DNA of 63,481 bases, counting the filler, from Octopus bimaculoides (lineage: Eukaryota), in NCBI RefSeq assembly GCF_001194135.2. It is 3 parts of 3 records of this genome, joined end to end, with 100 filler letters (N's around TTAATTAATTAA, not from the genome) between each part and the next. Parts side by side here need not be neighbours in the genome. Positions count along the whole stretch, not along the records: positions 1 to 31,796 come from NC_068998.1; 2 more parts are not named here. One strand, 5' to 3'. The position numbers and the translations under genes are program-made. This document shows, piece after piece, positions 12,039-23,470 of this stretch (position 1 is its first letter; every line of letters starts with the position of its first letter). Under the pieces are notes generated by a model that saw only the letters and a program-made list of their open reading frames with translations, did not search any database and had not been told where the DNA came from.

Positions 12039-12256
12039 CCATTTGTCAGCATAGGAGATGCACCAGTATGCATTCCGAGTGCAGTGAAACTACCAGCCAT
12101 TCTATTGGGATGTTTTGAACTTGCATCAGGGATTGTCTCAAAAGATTGAGCTATAATAGAAGTATCCTTTGGAACGAGAACAGCAGCCGTTGCACTTTTG
12201 CACTGCTGTGGAATGAATACTTTAGCATCAGGCGACAGCACACGGCTACTGGCCAC
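12039..12256 (-). CDS. SECISBP2L: SBP2 coding exon 2 (VASSRVLSPDAKVFIPQQ...)
   Basis: tttgcag|GTG and GG|gtaagt junctions. LSPDAKVFIP resembles the LSAxVxPFxP N-terminal motif of SBP2/SBP2L. Confidence 0.88.
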
Positions 12257-12959
12257 CTGCAAAGACATTCCAACCAGATTATGCAAACAAACAAGAAAAT
12301 AGCTTAAAAAAGCAAAAAAAGAACTGATATTAAAAAGCAAAAAAAAGAACTGATTGGAGATTCCAGTAACAACTGGCATTCCAACCATGATCATAAAAGC
12401 CTGCTGTGAACCAAAACTAACCTAGAGTTAAACAACAATTCCTAGTTTATCATAAAAAAGCAATTTGCTTTTTTTTTAATGTTTCAACAAACGACCAAAT
12501 GACTTTAGACTTCTTATCAGTTGTTACAATTCCTTTAATACAGTTTAAACAAAGCCGTAATTCTTATTCAGATTTTGGTCTTGATAAAGACATATTTTGA
12601 ACTCTAATGCATGACATAAACATAACAAAATAACCAAACTACTTCCATAGCAACTTTTGTTGGTTTCAGTCTGCGGCCAAGCTGGAGCACCACCTTCAAG
12701 GAGCCTCAGTCAATCACAACAACACTGATACTAATCTTATTTGTTGTTGTTTTGTTTTCCTTTTTTTTTTATATCAAGGGAGGCAATTTGACACAATGAC
12801 AAACATAACCTCAGATGCACTTCCACACACTGTCTTTCATATTTCACTCACAAGCCATTGGTTAACTGGAGATCACAGTAGAAAGCTTTTGCTCATGATG
12901 CTGTATTGAGAGGGATTCCAGACCCATGAGGTTGCAAAGCAAACGTTTTACCCACACCA

Positions 12960-13385
12960 GACATTAGATGTGGTGTGCAAGAGAGACATATGTGCTGGTG
13001 TGGTCATGTGATGCATATGGATGAAGACAGCTGTGTAAAGAAGTGCCAATCTATAACTGTGGAGGAAATGTGTGGAAGGGGGTAATAAACCCAGGAAGAC
13101 AGGGGATGAGGTGGTGAAGTGTGATCTTCAGATGTTGAGCCTCATGGAGGCAATGGCAAGTGACTTAGAACTGGTGGCAATTTGCTGTGCTTCAGAAGAC
13201 ATGTCAAGCTAAGTGAAATCCCAGCCATGGCCAGCACCAGTTCCATGTGAAAGGCACTCTGTGGAGTGTTTAGCATTAGGAAGGGCATCCAGCTGTAGAA
13301 ACCATGCCAAAACAGACAACTGGATCCTGGTGCAGCTCTCTGGCAAACCATCTTACCCATGCCAGCATGGAAAACGGGCGTATAA
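12960..13385 (+). mobile_element. RTE LINE 3' fragment (ORF2 C-terminus plus tail)
   Basis: Decayed GHVMHMDEDSCVKKC..TVEEMCGRG...DEVVKCDL coding, homologous to 46490-46650(-), followed by the common tail. Confidence 0.7.
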
Positions 13386-14967
13386 ACAGCAGTTTTTTCC
13401 CCCCCCCTTAACTTTTATTGGCAATTAACTGTCAAAGCTCAATGGTGTTGTGGCAGCTCTAATTGACTTTAAATTTTGAAAGTTCCAAACAGAACTTAGT
13501 CAAAAGGACTATATTTTGGATAAAAATTTGGTAGAATAATGTGTATTCTATTTAGAATATGGTTCAATGTCAAAAATGCTGCTCTACCGAAGCTGAAGGA
13601 AAGAGATAGAATGCATCCTTACAATTCAAGAGATCAACCAAATTCCTCCTGTCATCTTTCATTATTCCATCAGAAATTCTTTTATTATAATAGAATTATT
13701 CTTTATCATTATTTTTCGGTTTTTATTGTAGAATTCTCCTTATTTCTAAAGCACAGTTTTGTAGCAAGACAGATCACTAACATTGTTTTTCTTTAGAAGT
13801 CTATTGTTAGTGCCAATATTTTTTTTTCTCCAATCATTTCACTTTATTCATATCAAACCAAAATATTTTAAAATTCATTTATCAAATGCACCCCTCCTCC
13901 CCAGTTTCAATACTCTTCACATCCTGAATCTCTATAAATACATTGTGGATTAGTTTTCTTATCAGCTGTCAAAAATATATTCCTGCACCAACAAACACTT
14001 TCGTTGCTAATATTAGCCACAACATGGTCAGAAGTAGCCCTGGTAGCAATTCGTTCCCTTAAAGCAATGTGTTTTATGTCATCAATCAACTTTTATTTCA
14101 AAATGTCTCCTCATTTCAACACTGTTCGTGCGTAACTCTCCAAGCAATTTCAATTGAATTTGGTTCGGATAATAAAAGACAGTCTCTCCTCAATTATAAA
14201 GAAATAAAACAGTTCGAATTTCTAGTTTATCCACAAGAGATTTATATTATGTAAATCCAGCTATTCGAGTAATGCAATGAAAAAAAAAAAACGAAATAAT
14301 CAACAGATAGCAATAAACATATTTTTTTAATTCCAACGGTGAGTTTGGTTTCGTCCATTTGCACTAAAGTCTCATAATAATAATAATATTGTACAAGAAT
14401 GAAAGAGGAAGATTTCAGACAATTAAGAGACGATAAAAATAGTTGAATGACTTAAAATTAAATTTTATAAATAAAGAACAATAGTAATAATAAGGATGAT
14501 AAGCAATTTGGTGCAAAACCGATAGAATCGTTAAAAATCTTCGATTCGTCTCAGAAGTGAATAAATCAAGTCTGGTTTATTGGAGCAAATATTTTTGTTT
14601 TGCATCAACAGAATCTCGTTTTGTTGGAAGAAAGGCGGAAAATAAATTAATTTTTCGATTCTTTTCAATAATTGACTCGCAATAAAATACATATTTTGGT
14701 AATGGAACTATTTATATTATATTATATTATATATTTTCAATAATATTTTCTGTGAGATATAATTTACTATAAGTGTGTGTGTGTTCGACAACTTTACACC
14801 AAACAAGGTAATAATTTCTTTTTATAGTAAATTTCGAATAAAGAGACGACAGAAGGGAAAATAAAACACAAAACAAACACTGGAAACGAAAATTAACGGA
14901 AATTGTTTATATTTATAAGAAGTGAATGTTTGAAACCATTAAAAGAAGTGATATACATACATGCGCC

Positions 14968-15017
<50 letters not shown>

Positions 15018-15410
15018 GGCGTATGTATGTATAAGTAGTGAATTAGGAAAGTAGTGAATGACGAGATAATGTTAACAACTTTTCTTGAAATATTGCTTGT
15101 TGTCAACAACAAATCTTTCAGTTTGAATATCAAACTTTAAACAAAAACTAGAGACAAAAATAAAGAAAGCAGCCACAAATGGCCAATTATTAAACATTAG
15201 CAGCATCAATATACACACATACACCACATAAATATATTTATATACATGTATATATATCAGAAGATATATATATGTGCGTATATATATATGTGTGTGTGTG
15301 TGTGTGTATAGAAATATGTGTGTATGTATACAAGGGAGAGATTCGATGGCAACACTTATTCCTCTATTAACATCGTAAAATTGGGAATATAAAAGCATGG
15401 AAACTGTTAC

Positions 15411-15440
15411 CTGTGCACTTAAAGTATCAATCTGAGTCAT
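15411..15440 (-). CDS. SECISBP2L: Probable first coding exon of SBP2 (MTQIDTLSAQ)
   Basis: ATG at 15440, CAG|GTAACA donor, phase 0. A short first exon ending in Q is similar to what I recall of vertebrate SBP2L. Lies next to promoter-like motifs. No transcript evidence. Confidence 0.55.
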
Positions 15441-15534
15441 GACTGTTTGCTGTGATCAGAAGACAATCGGTTCTTCATGACAAGGAGAGAAAAAAACAAA
15501 CAAGGACGAAGCCTTTAACTCAACACTCTGCCAA

Positions 15535-15595
15535 CTGCCATGGCGGCCACACTATCATGTGACTAGCCGGAACTACTTGTCTGCTCTTCCGTTTC
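15535..15595 (-). promoter_or_regulatory. Candidate SBP2 proximal promoter (YY1-like, E-box, two ETS-like cores)
   Basis: ATGGCGGC 15540-47, TCATGTGAC 15555-63, CCGGAA 15567-72 and CTTCCG 15586-91 cluster about 100-150 bp upstream of the predicted ATG. Confidence 0.45.
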
Positions 15596-15659
15596 TCCTA
15601 AACACACCCAGCATTAGAATAGCTTTTATATTATTATTATTGTTATCATTAGGAAAGAA

Positions 15660-15740
15660 ATCATTATTATTATTATTATTATTATTTATACTAATAATAT
15701 ATGTAATTTATCTATCTATCTCTCTATCTATCTATCTACT

Positions 15741-15789
<49 letters not shown>

Positions 15790-16035
15790 ACCTATCTTTC
15801 TATCTACATTACATATATTACATATGATATAATATATTATACTGTATATATAATTTATATATTATACTATATATATATATATATATATATATAAAGAGAG
15901 AGAGAGAGAGAGAGGGAGAGAAAGAGGAGAGAGAGACAATGGTGACTAACAGACACATATAGATATCTATATATCTATCTATACATATGTGTGTGTGTGT
16001 GTGTGTGTGTGCGTATGCGCGTGCGCGTGCGCGTG
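15660..16035. repeat. Compound microsatellite field (TTA, TATC, TC, TA, AG, TG)
   Basis: Directly visible simple repeats; explains spurious ORF 15559..15894. Confidence 0.9.
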
Positions 16036-18889
16036 TGTATATGTGAGGCAGTGATTATAATGGCAGGGTTGCTCCAGCTGTTGTTATGTTGTTATTGCTG
16101 CTATTGCTATTGAGCAAATCCAGTCAATTGTAGTCAGGCTACACACACACACACACATTTATTTGAAGTTGTACCAGTTGCACATAGTTTTCTTTGTTGA
16201 CTCAGTCTACATGACCACAAAAAAAACCCACCACTTTACTACAGTTGATGACCTCATAACAGGGAGGATATCTGTCGAAAAGCAACAGTAAAAATTCTAT
16301 CAGTAACTCTTACAACAATATCTGAATTTTCTATGACAAAAAAAAGTATTCTATTTGTTTCATTATGAAAAGAGTGTGTGCGTAGCCAGGTAGCAACCTG
16401 CTTTGCGTGCAGGTATGCACTTTAATGAAACTCTTATCAGTATTTTTCAGTAAACAGAAATGGATTTTATTCAAGGCCAAAGTTTTGTGGGTTGCAAATT
16501 GTTGTTTCACATTCTGAATCCTATGTATAGTGTCACACTATGTATATGTCTCACAAAAAATTCAGTCTTCAACTCTTTGTGTGTGTGTGTGTGTATGAGG
16601 TCACTGTTAGTGCTACTGGTAACATGTAACCCAGCACACTCTGTCACGCAGTCATGCTGTCAGTGACTAAACTGAGAAACCCTGTCAAGTCTGCTTGGTA
16701 AGGCAGATGGCATTTATTGGACATCCAGCAGGAGAGAAAACAAAATCTGTCAACAGATGGATGAACTCAGTAGAGTCAACAGCCATCCAACAAGTGGGAG
16801 TAAGAAATCCCCTAGTCTTTGTAGAGACATTTTTCTTGAAGGAAATCTCTTGTGTAACACCAGCAAGTTTGTGTCCAGTAATGTAGATCAGTTCTTCTTT
16901 CATGGCAAATGCATTCCCTGTTTACAGAATGGGATTGGCCTGGGGAAAGTCGTTTCTTCATTTTAAAAAGCTTCAGGTACCAGCATCAACTTGATAATTA
17001 ACACCTCTATTATGTGTTGCTTCCTGTGGCTGGTGGTAACCAACAAAGGCAAAACATTTAATGAAAAATTCCATGATGGAGTGAAGGAATGTGTTATTGT
17101 GGGTGGTAACTCTCTGACCACTTACTGCAAGAGGTGCCCATCTTTGTCACATCTTTAATTGTGCAAAAGACTAAAAAGCCACAACAAGTAGGTTGTATAT
17201 GTATATATATATATATATATCATGTAATAGCTGGCATGTGAAAAGTACCTTTTAAGTGTTGGGCCTCACAGAGGCAATGACAAATGACCGAGACCTTAAG
17301 AAGAAAAAAAAAAGGACTCATAAGATTGTAAAGGCCTAGACAGGCTGATCATAGCTTGATCAGGGTCAGCCTTGGGCTAAAAAATAATGACAGTAACAAC
17401 ACTATCGAACCACTCGTTTGTGACAGTTGCCCTTAAAATGCAGCCCTTTTATTTGATAATTACAAAGACTCTATTTTCAACACTTGAATATGTTTATTCT
17501 TTAAGATGGCAGTGGAACTTTGAGAGACTACAACCAAAGCATCATTCTTTTAGAGTTCTGATTGTTGGAGCCAGAACCAATTACTATAATTTGAATAATA
17601 AAAATGATTTCTTTTCTTGGCACAAGGTCCCAAAACTTTCAGATGGGTTCACCACACAACTTCTTTTGCCACAGCCACAAAGCTGAGAAAGGTTTGCTTT
17701 CCTTCTCTGCTAAAAGAAGCTGGCAGAATCATTAGAATGTCGGGCGAAATGCTTAGCATTTTTCCTCCATCTTCACCTTCCATCCTTTCGGGGTCAATAA
17801 AACAAGTACTAGTCAGGTGCTGGGGTCAATTTAATCAACTTACCTCTTCCACCCAAATTGTTGGCCTTGTGTCAAAATTTGAAACCACTGCCACTGCCAC
17901 CACCACTTTACTCGCATCTCTATCTTAGTAGAAACTAATGGATTAAGAAATCAAACTACACAAACAAATGGCAGCTAAAACAGTTAAGAAATTAAATAAC
18001 ACTAACATATTTTTATATATATATTATATATTATACATACATATTAACATTTGACAGTATACTTACATATATACATACATCTATACATTGATCTAAAACA
18101 ACAGGAATACTAAAGAAAGGCCGGAATTTAAGAGAAGAGAAAAACCAAAAGGTCTTATGCTACTCATTTAAAAATTTCTGATTAGAACCTATTATTATTA
18201 CCTCCACATTTGAAACTATTTTAAATGGTGAATTTCTGAACTTTGGTTTTGTATTAGATAAGGATAAACTATTTCTTANNNNNNNNNNNNNNNNNNNNNN
18301 NNNNNNNNNNNNNNNNNNNNNNNNNNNNNNNNNNNNNNNNNNNNNNNNNNNNNNNNNNNNNNNNNNNNNNNNNNNNNNNNNNNNNNNNNNNNNNNNNNNN
18401 NNNNNNNNNNNNNNNNNNNNNNNNNNNNNNNNNNNNNNNNNNNNNNNNNNNNNNNNNNNNNNNNNNNNNNNNNNNNNNNNNNNNNNNNNNNNNNNNNNNN
18501 NNNNNNNNNNNNNNNNNNNNNNNNNNNNNNNNNNNNNNNNNNNNNNNNNNNNNNNNNNNNNNNNNNNNNNNNNNNNNNNNNNNNNNNNNNNNNNNNNNNN
18601 NNNNNNNNNNNNNNNNNNNNNNNNNNNNNNNNNNNNNNNNNNNNNNNNNNNNNNNNNNNNNNNNNNNNNNNNNNNNNNNNNNNNNNNNNNNNNNNNNNNN
18701 NNNNNNNNNNNNNNNNNNNNNNNNNNNNNNNNNNNNNNNNNNNNNNNNNNNNNNNNNNNNNNNNNNNNNNNNNNNNNNNNNNNNNNNNNNNNNNNNNNNN
18801 NNNNNNNAAGTACCAGTTGAGTACTGGGGGTCGATGTGATTGACTGTTTCCCTCCTCACAAAATCCAGGCCTTCTGCCTATAGTAGAAA

Positions 18890-19370
18890 GGATTACTATG
18901 GCCAGGAAGGGCAGGATGCTTTTCTTTGCCTGGTGGCCTTAGTAAAAGAGATTGTGTGGTGGACCAGGTTGAAAGGGCTGAAAACATATACTTACCTCTT
19001 TGGCCAATCCCTCAACTTTTTCAAATTTCACTTGAAAAGGAAAGTGAAGCTGGAGAGGGAAGTTCTGCCCCTCTCCAGCAATTTTGTTAAAAGGAGGGTG
19101 AATTTTGCAAGAATGGCCCGAGTGAATGGGCCTTCTCTAAGCATGTGCCTGTAGACAAAGCAGAAAGGGCACTTACCCTAGTGATCAGGACTGTTGTGGA
19201 CATGTGGGGGTTTTCCTGATCAGTTCTAGGAGGTTTCCCTCTTTTGGGGAATCTTGTTATATTCGATTAATGTTATTGTTTTTCATTGTTTGCATGACTT
19301 CCATGTAACCCCATATTGTATTTGTCCTGTTTCGTCCATAATGTTTTTTTTTTGTAAGCCCTTAATGAAG

Positions 19371-19380
<10 letters not shown>
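18890..19380 (+). mobile_element. Tx1/L1-like LINE 3' end (ORF2 C-terminus plus 3' UTR)
   Basis: LVKEIVWWTRLKG...FFKFHLKRKVKLEREVL is homologous to VLKECVWRTRMQG...YFRYHQKSKIGLERRLL at 55254-55454. A 3'-UTR piece (ttgtat(t)tgtcctgtt) is also shared. Confidence 0.6.
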
Positions 19381-19401
<21 letters not shown>

Positions 19402-19607
19402 TACAGAAAGTTTCTAACCCTTGCCATCAGGTTTTTTTTTGTCTTTCTCCAACTAAGAGGTTAATTTCAATTCATTTAGAATTTTCTCCCGTACATCATT
19501 CAATACATCTCCCCTCAACAGATTTACCGAAATTCACGCCCTTGGCTCGCTTTGGTTCTTCACCGTCATTACTTATATTTGTTTATTTTATTTTAAAAGC
19601 ATGAATT

Positions 19608-19720
19608 GTCAGGATGGTCTAGTGGTCTGCAGTGCCAGACTCAAGCAGTAATTGTTTAGCCACAGTGTAGGCTTTTCTGGTTTACGAATGTGGGCGTGGG
19701 TTCGAATCCTACTTCTGACA
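19608..19720 (+). tRNA. trnL-CAA: tRNA-Leu(CAA) with 29-nt intron, degenerate (probable pseudogene)
   Basis: GTCAGGA/TTCTGAC acceptor stem, CCAGA-CTCAAG anticodon arm, intron 19646-19674, long variable arm, GGTTCGAATCC B-box, T-run terminator about 10 nt downstream. The D-stem is disrupted. Confidence 0.8.
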
Positions 19721-20219
19721 AGCGCTTTCTTTTTTTTTTTTACTGGCGATGCTCCAGTATAGCCACAACCTTTGGGCTGAAACAGACAAGAATAAACAAC
19801 AGTGACTGAAATTAGAGATAGACATTTCCGATAACCTTGTGTTTTACAAAATGTGGATTCTCGTGTCTTTATTCTCTCTCAGATATAATCTTTATATTCG
19901 AACGCGTTCGCTCTGTTTCAAATCTAAACGCGGATTTGCCGCTCAATTCTAAAATAACATTTTTGATTTGTTTCTCAATAAATTTTTGAAAGAATTTGAC
20001 ACGCAAGATAAAACAAAGTTACTTCCCTTGCCCTACTAAAACTATTACAATAAAAGAGTAATGTCCCTTGAAATTTACCATAAAACCGATTGGTTTTTAT
20101 GAAATATAATTTCATAAATATAGTTTTATTTAACAAGCATTGATACTTGAAAGGAACCATAATAATGTTGTTATCTGTAACAAATGCAACCAGAAAAGAT
20201 ATCATTATGCCGTAAAATG

Positions 20220-21170
20220 TTTGGTCGGCCTCAGGTCATTGGATTTGGGGGCCACATGCAGGGGTGATGACCAAGGAATGCTTGATCGGCAAACAATACT
20301 CAAGGCCTCCATATTGTCGAATTTGGCCTTGTGATTGCAAGTTTGTCTGGTGATAGACGACGTTCGCGGCTGTGCACTGGTGGTGGGGGGTGGAGATGTT
20401 GTGTGTCACCCCGTGGTGGGCTGTCGGCTTGGAGAATGTCGGAGTGGTGAGATCGGGGCGACTAACAAGAAGATCCGAGAATTCATTCTTGGTCTGCGAG
20501 ATGGTTGCTATGCGGGGGCGGCGGCTGTGCAGATGTTGCAAGAGGCACGGAAGCGTGTGTATTGTTGTCGAGGAGTCATCTCCCCTGCAAATCCACCAAA
20601 AGCAAATGGGCTCAAAGAAAGTCTGCACCGATTATGGGCTGATAGACATCGGCGATGATGAATGCCCGCGTGTATTTTCATAGGCCGATGTTGAGGGAAA
20701 GGGTGTGACGACCGTATGCCTCGATTGTGGACCCGTTGGCGACTGTTAAAGGTTGGCTACACTTTCCGTGACGGAGGTCCTTTGCCGACGCCGGGATGAC
20801 GCTGATTTCTGCTCCTGTGTCGATGAGGAACCTGCGTCTGGAGCTGCGATCGCGGACATAGAGGAGCATTTGGTCATGTCTGCCGGCCACCAGGGTGTTC
20901 AATGGCGGCCGGCCCTGGAGTTTCCCTGGTTCACTGGTGAAGGGGTCCTGAAGCTACATGGTTGTTTACATTTTGTCGCCTTTTTACCAAACTTTGCATG
21001 GTAGAAGCACAGGCCATCATGCTTAACCCTACCCGTCTCAGAACCGACCCTATTACATTGACCAGGACACAACTGGTACAAAGCCGAGCCTGTGATGGTG
21101 AATAATAATTAAGGATCTGATGGGATCCCCTCCATAAAGACTGGCTATTCCACAAGACAACATCCCTACT
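20220..21170 (-). mobile_element. Ty3/Gypsy LTR retrotransposon gag-end / protease / RT-start remnant
   Basis: Gag CxYHxKFGxKAxKCxxPC, protease FLIDTGAEISV and PIIGADFL, then decayed RT start; in-frame stops present. Confidence 0.9.
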
Positions 21171-21780
21171 CCTTAAAGTAACATGGAATAACTTTACAAC
21201 AATAATGACAATAAATAAAATAACGTGAAATAAAATAAATAAGAAAAATTATAATCACAAAACCAAATCAAAAATACACCAAAATTTTGTTTGCAGAAGA
21301 CAAGATCGAAATTTCGAGAAGTCTTCAAGTCTGAGATAAATTTCATTTCGATATATCTCAGTTTATCAGACACCCACACATTTGCCAGGGGCAGAAGAGA
21401 GTGAAAAGACAAGAAATGGTAATTTCCACAGAGAGAAATTTAAGGATATGCAGCTAAATAAATCATTTCCAATGCTGCGGCAATTGGCATGCAACGTGGA
21501 ATAATTTTCAAGAGAATTAGATTCGGGATGCTTAAGTTAATGTGGGTGTAGCAAAAGTAGCGATGTTGGCGTCGATTTGGAGCGATTTACAAAAGCCAAA
21601 CAAACAAAACCCTCAAACCTCTCCAGATATAATATATTTTATATATACACACACACATACAAAGATATATACGTGTATATGCATGCATAGATGTGTGTGT
21701 GTGTATGTATGTATGTATGCATTTATTTATGTATGTACATATGTATGTATGTTGATATCTTTGTATGTGAGTGTGGGCGG

Positions 21781-22092
21781 AGGCGCAATGGCCCAATGGT
21801 TAGGGCAGCGGACGTAGGATCGAGGTTTCGATTCCCAGACCGGGTGTTGTGAGTGTTTATTGAGCGAAAACACCTAAAGCTCCACGAGGCTCCGGCAGAG
21901 GATGGTGACGAACCCTGCTGTACTCTTTCACCACAACTTTCTCTCACTCTTTCTTCCTGTTTCTGTTGTACCCGTATTTCGAAGGGCCAGCTTCGTCACA
22001 CTCTGTGTCATGCTGAATCTTCCCGAGAACTACGTTAAGGGTACACGTGTCTGTGGAGTGCTCAGCCGTTTGCACGTTAATTTCACGAGCAG
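21781..22092 (+). mobile_element. tRNA-derived SINE (ggcgcaatggcccaatggttaggg... family)
   Basis: A/B-box head. Near-complete homologue on minus at 33041-33438 with (AAC)n tail, and a related copy at 57210-57520. Confidence 0.8.
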
Positions 22093-22159
22093 ACCCCAGA
22101 GCTATACGGTCGTTACATAGACGACTGTATGGGCGCCATCTCCCTCTCCCGAGAACAAC

Positions 22160-22403
22160 TCTACCACTTCATCTCTTTCCTCTCTCTAGGAAGTTAACCA
22201 TTGACCTCCCCTCCCACTCTCTCACCATATCCGCCTTCTTCAAACCCACAGATTCCCACCTCTACCTCAACTTCTCCTCCTCCCATCCCTTCCACACCAA
22301 ACGGGCCATCCCTTACTCCCAGTTCCTCCGCCTCCAACGCTCGTGCAGCCGGGACCAGGATTTCGAGACCCAGTCCTGGTACTTTGCCCCTCAACCCTTG
22401 TCC
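22160..22403 (+). mobile_element. Penelope-like element RT C-terminal fragment
   Basis: FKPTDSHLYLNFSSSHPFHTKRAIPYSQFLRLQRSCS is the typical PLE thumb motif. Truncated by an N-gap. Confidence 0.85.
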
Positions 22404-23310
22404 NNNNNNNNNNNNNNNNNNNNNNNNNNNNNNNNNNNNNNNNNNNNNNNNNNNNNNNNNNNNNNNNNNNNNNNNNNNNNNNNNNNNNNNNNNNNNNNNN
22501 NNNNNNNNNNNNNNNNNNNNNNNNNNNNNNNNNNNNNNNNNNNNNNNNNNNNNNNNNNNNNNNNNNNNNNNNNNNNNNNNNNNNNNNNNNNNNNNNNNNN
22601 NNNNNNNNNNNNNNNNNNNNNNNNNNNNNNNNNNNNNNNNNNNNNNNNNNNNNNNNNNNNNNNNNNNNNNNNNNNNNNNNNNNNNNNNNNNNNNNNNNNN
22701 NNNNNNNNNNNNNNNNNNNNNNNNNNNNNNNNNNNNNNNNNNNNNNNNNNNNNNNNNNNNNNNNNNNNNNNNNNNNNNNNNNNNNNNNNNNNNNNNNNNN
22801 NNNNNNNNNNNNNNNNNNNNNNNNNNNNNNNNNNNNNNNNNNNNNNNNNNNNNNNNNNNNNNNNNNNNNNNNNNNNNNNNNNNNNNNNNNNNNNNNNNNN
22901 NNNNNNNNNNNNNNNNNNNNNNNNNNNNNNNNNNNNNNNNNNNNNNNNNNNNNNNNNNNNNNNNNNNNNNNNNNNNNNNNNNNNNNNNNNNNNNNNNNNN
23001 NNNNNNNNNNNNNNNNNNNNNNNNNNNNNNNNNNNNNNNNNNNNNNNNNNNNNNNNNNNNNNNNNNNNNNNNNNNNNNNNNNNNNNNNNNNNNNNNNNNN
23101 NNNNNNNNNNNNNNNNNNNNNNNNNNNNNNNNNNNNNNNNNNNNNNNNNNNNNNNNNNNNNNNNNNNNNNNNNNNNNNNNNNNNNNNNNNNNNNNNNNNN
23201 NNNNNNNNNNNNNNNNNNNNNNNNNNNNNNNNNNNNNNNNNNNNNNNNNNNNNNNNNNNNNNNNNNNNNNNNNNNNNNNNNNNNNNNNNNNNNNNNNNNN
23301 NNNNNNNNNN

Positions 23311-23470
23311 TCGCTGTTTGAAGAGAATTGTGGAAAACGAACCCCGTTCGAAGGCTTCTGACATTGGAAAACAGCTAGAAGTTAGTCCAAGAACGTGTGT
23401 TACATATCCGTATAAGCTTGGGTATTATGAACGAGCAGCTAGAAGAAAACCTCTCCAATTAATATCAAAT
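23311..23470 (+). mobile_element. Tc1-like transposase fragment (second HTH region)
   Basis: RCLKRIVENEPRSKASDIGKQLEVSPRTC...LGYYERAARRKPL resembles the Tc1/Tc3 DNA-binding region. Confidence 0.65.

Noticed and set aside
12257-12394. Upstream extension MIMVG...MSLQ of the exon-2 ORF
   Set aside because: Runs through a polypyrimidine/poly-T acceptor region; better explained as intron, although an alternative start at MSLQ cannot be fully excluded.
17126-17170. 45-nt exon-like segment with in-frame TGA (SFAQLKM*QRWAPLA), as a selenoprotein exon or coactosin exon 4
   Set aside because: No Cys/Sec redox motif, no recognisable SECIS downstream by manual reading, and no GGANY motif. Proximity to SBP2 is not evidence.
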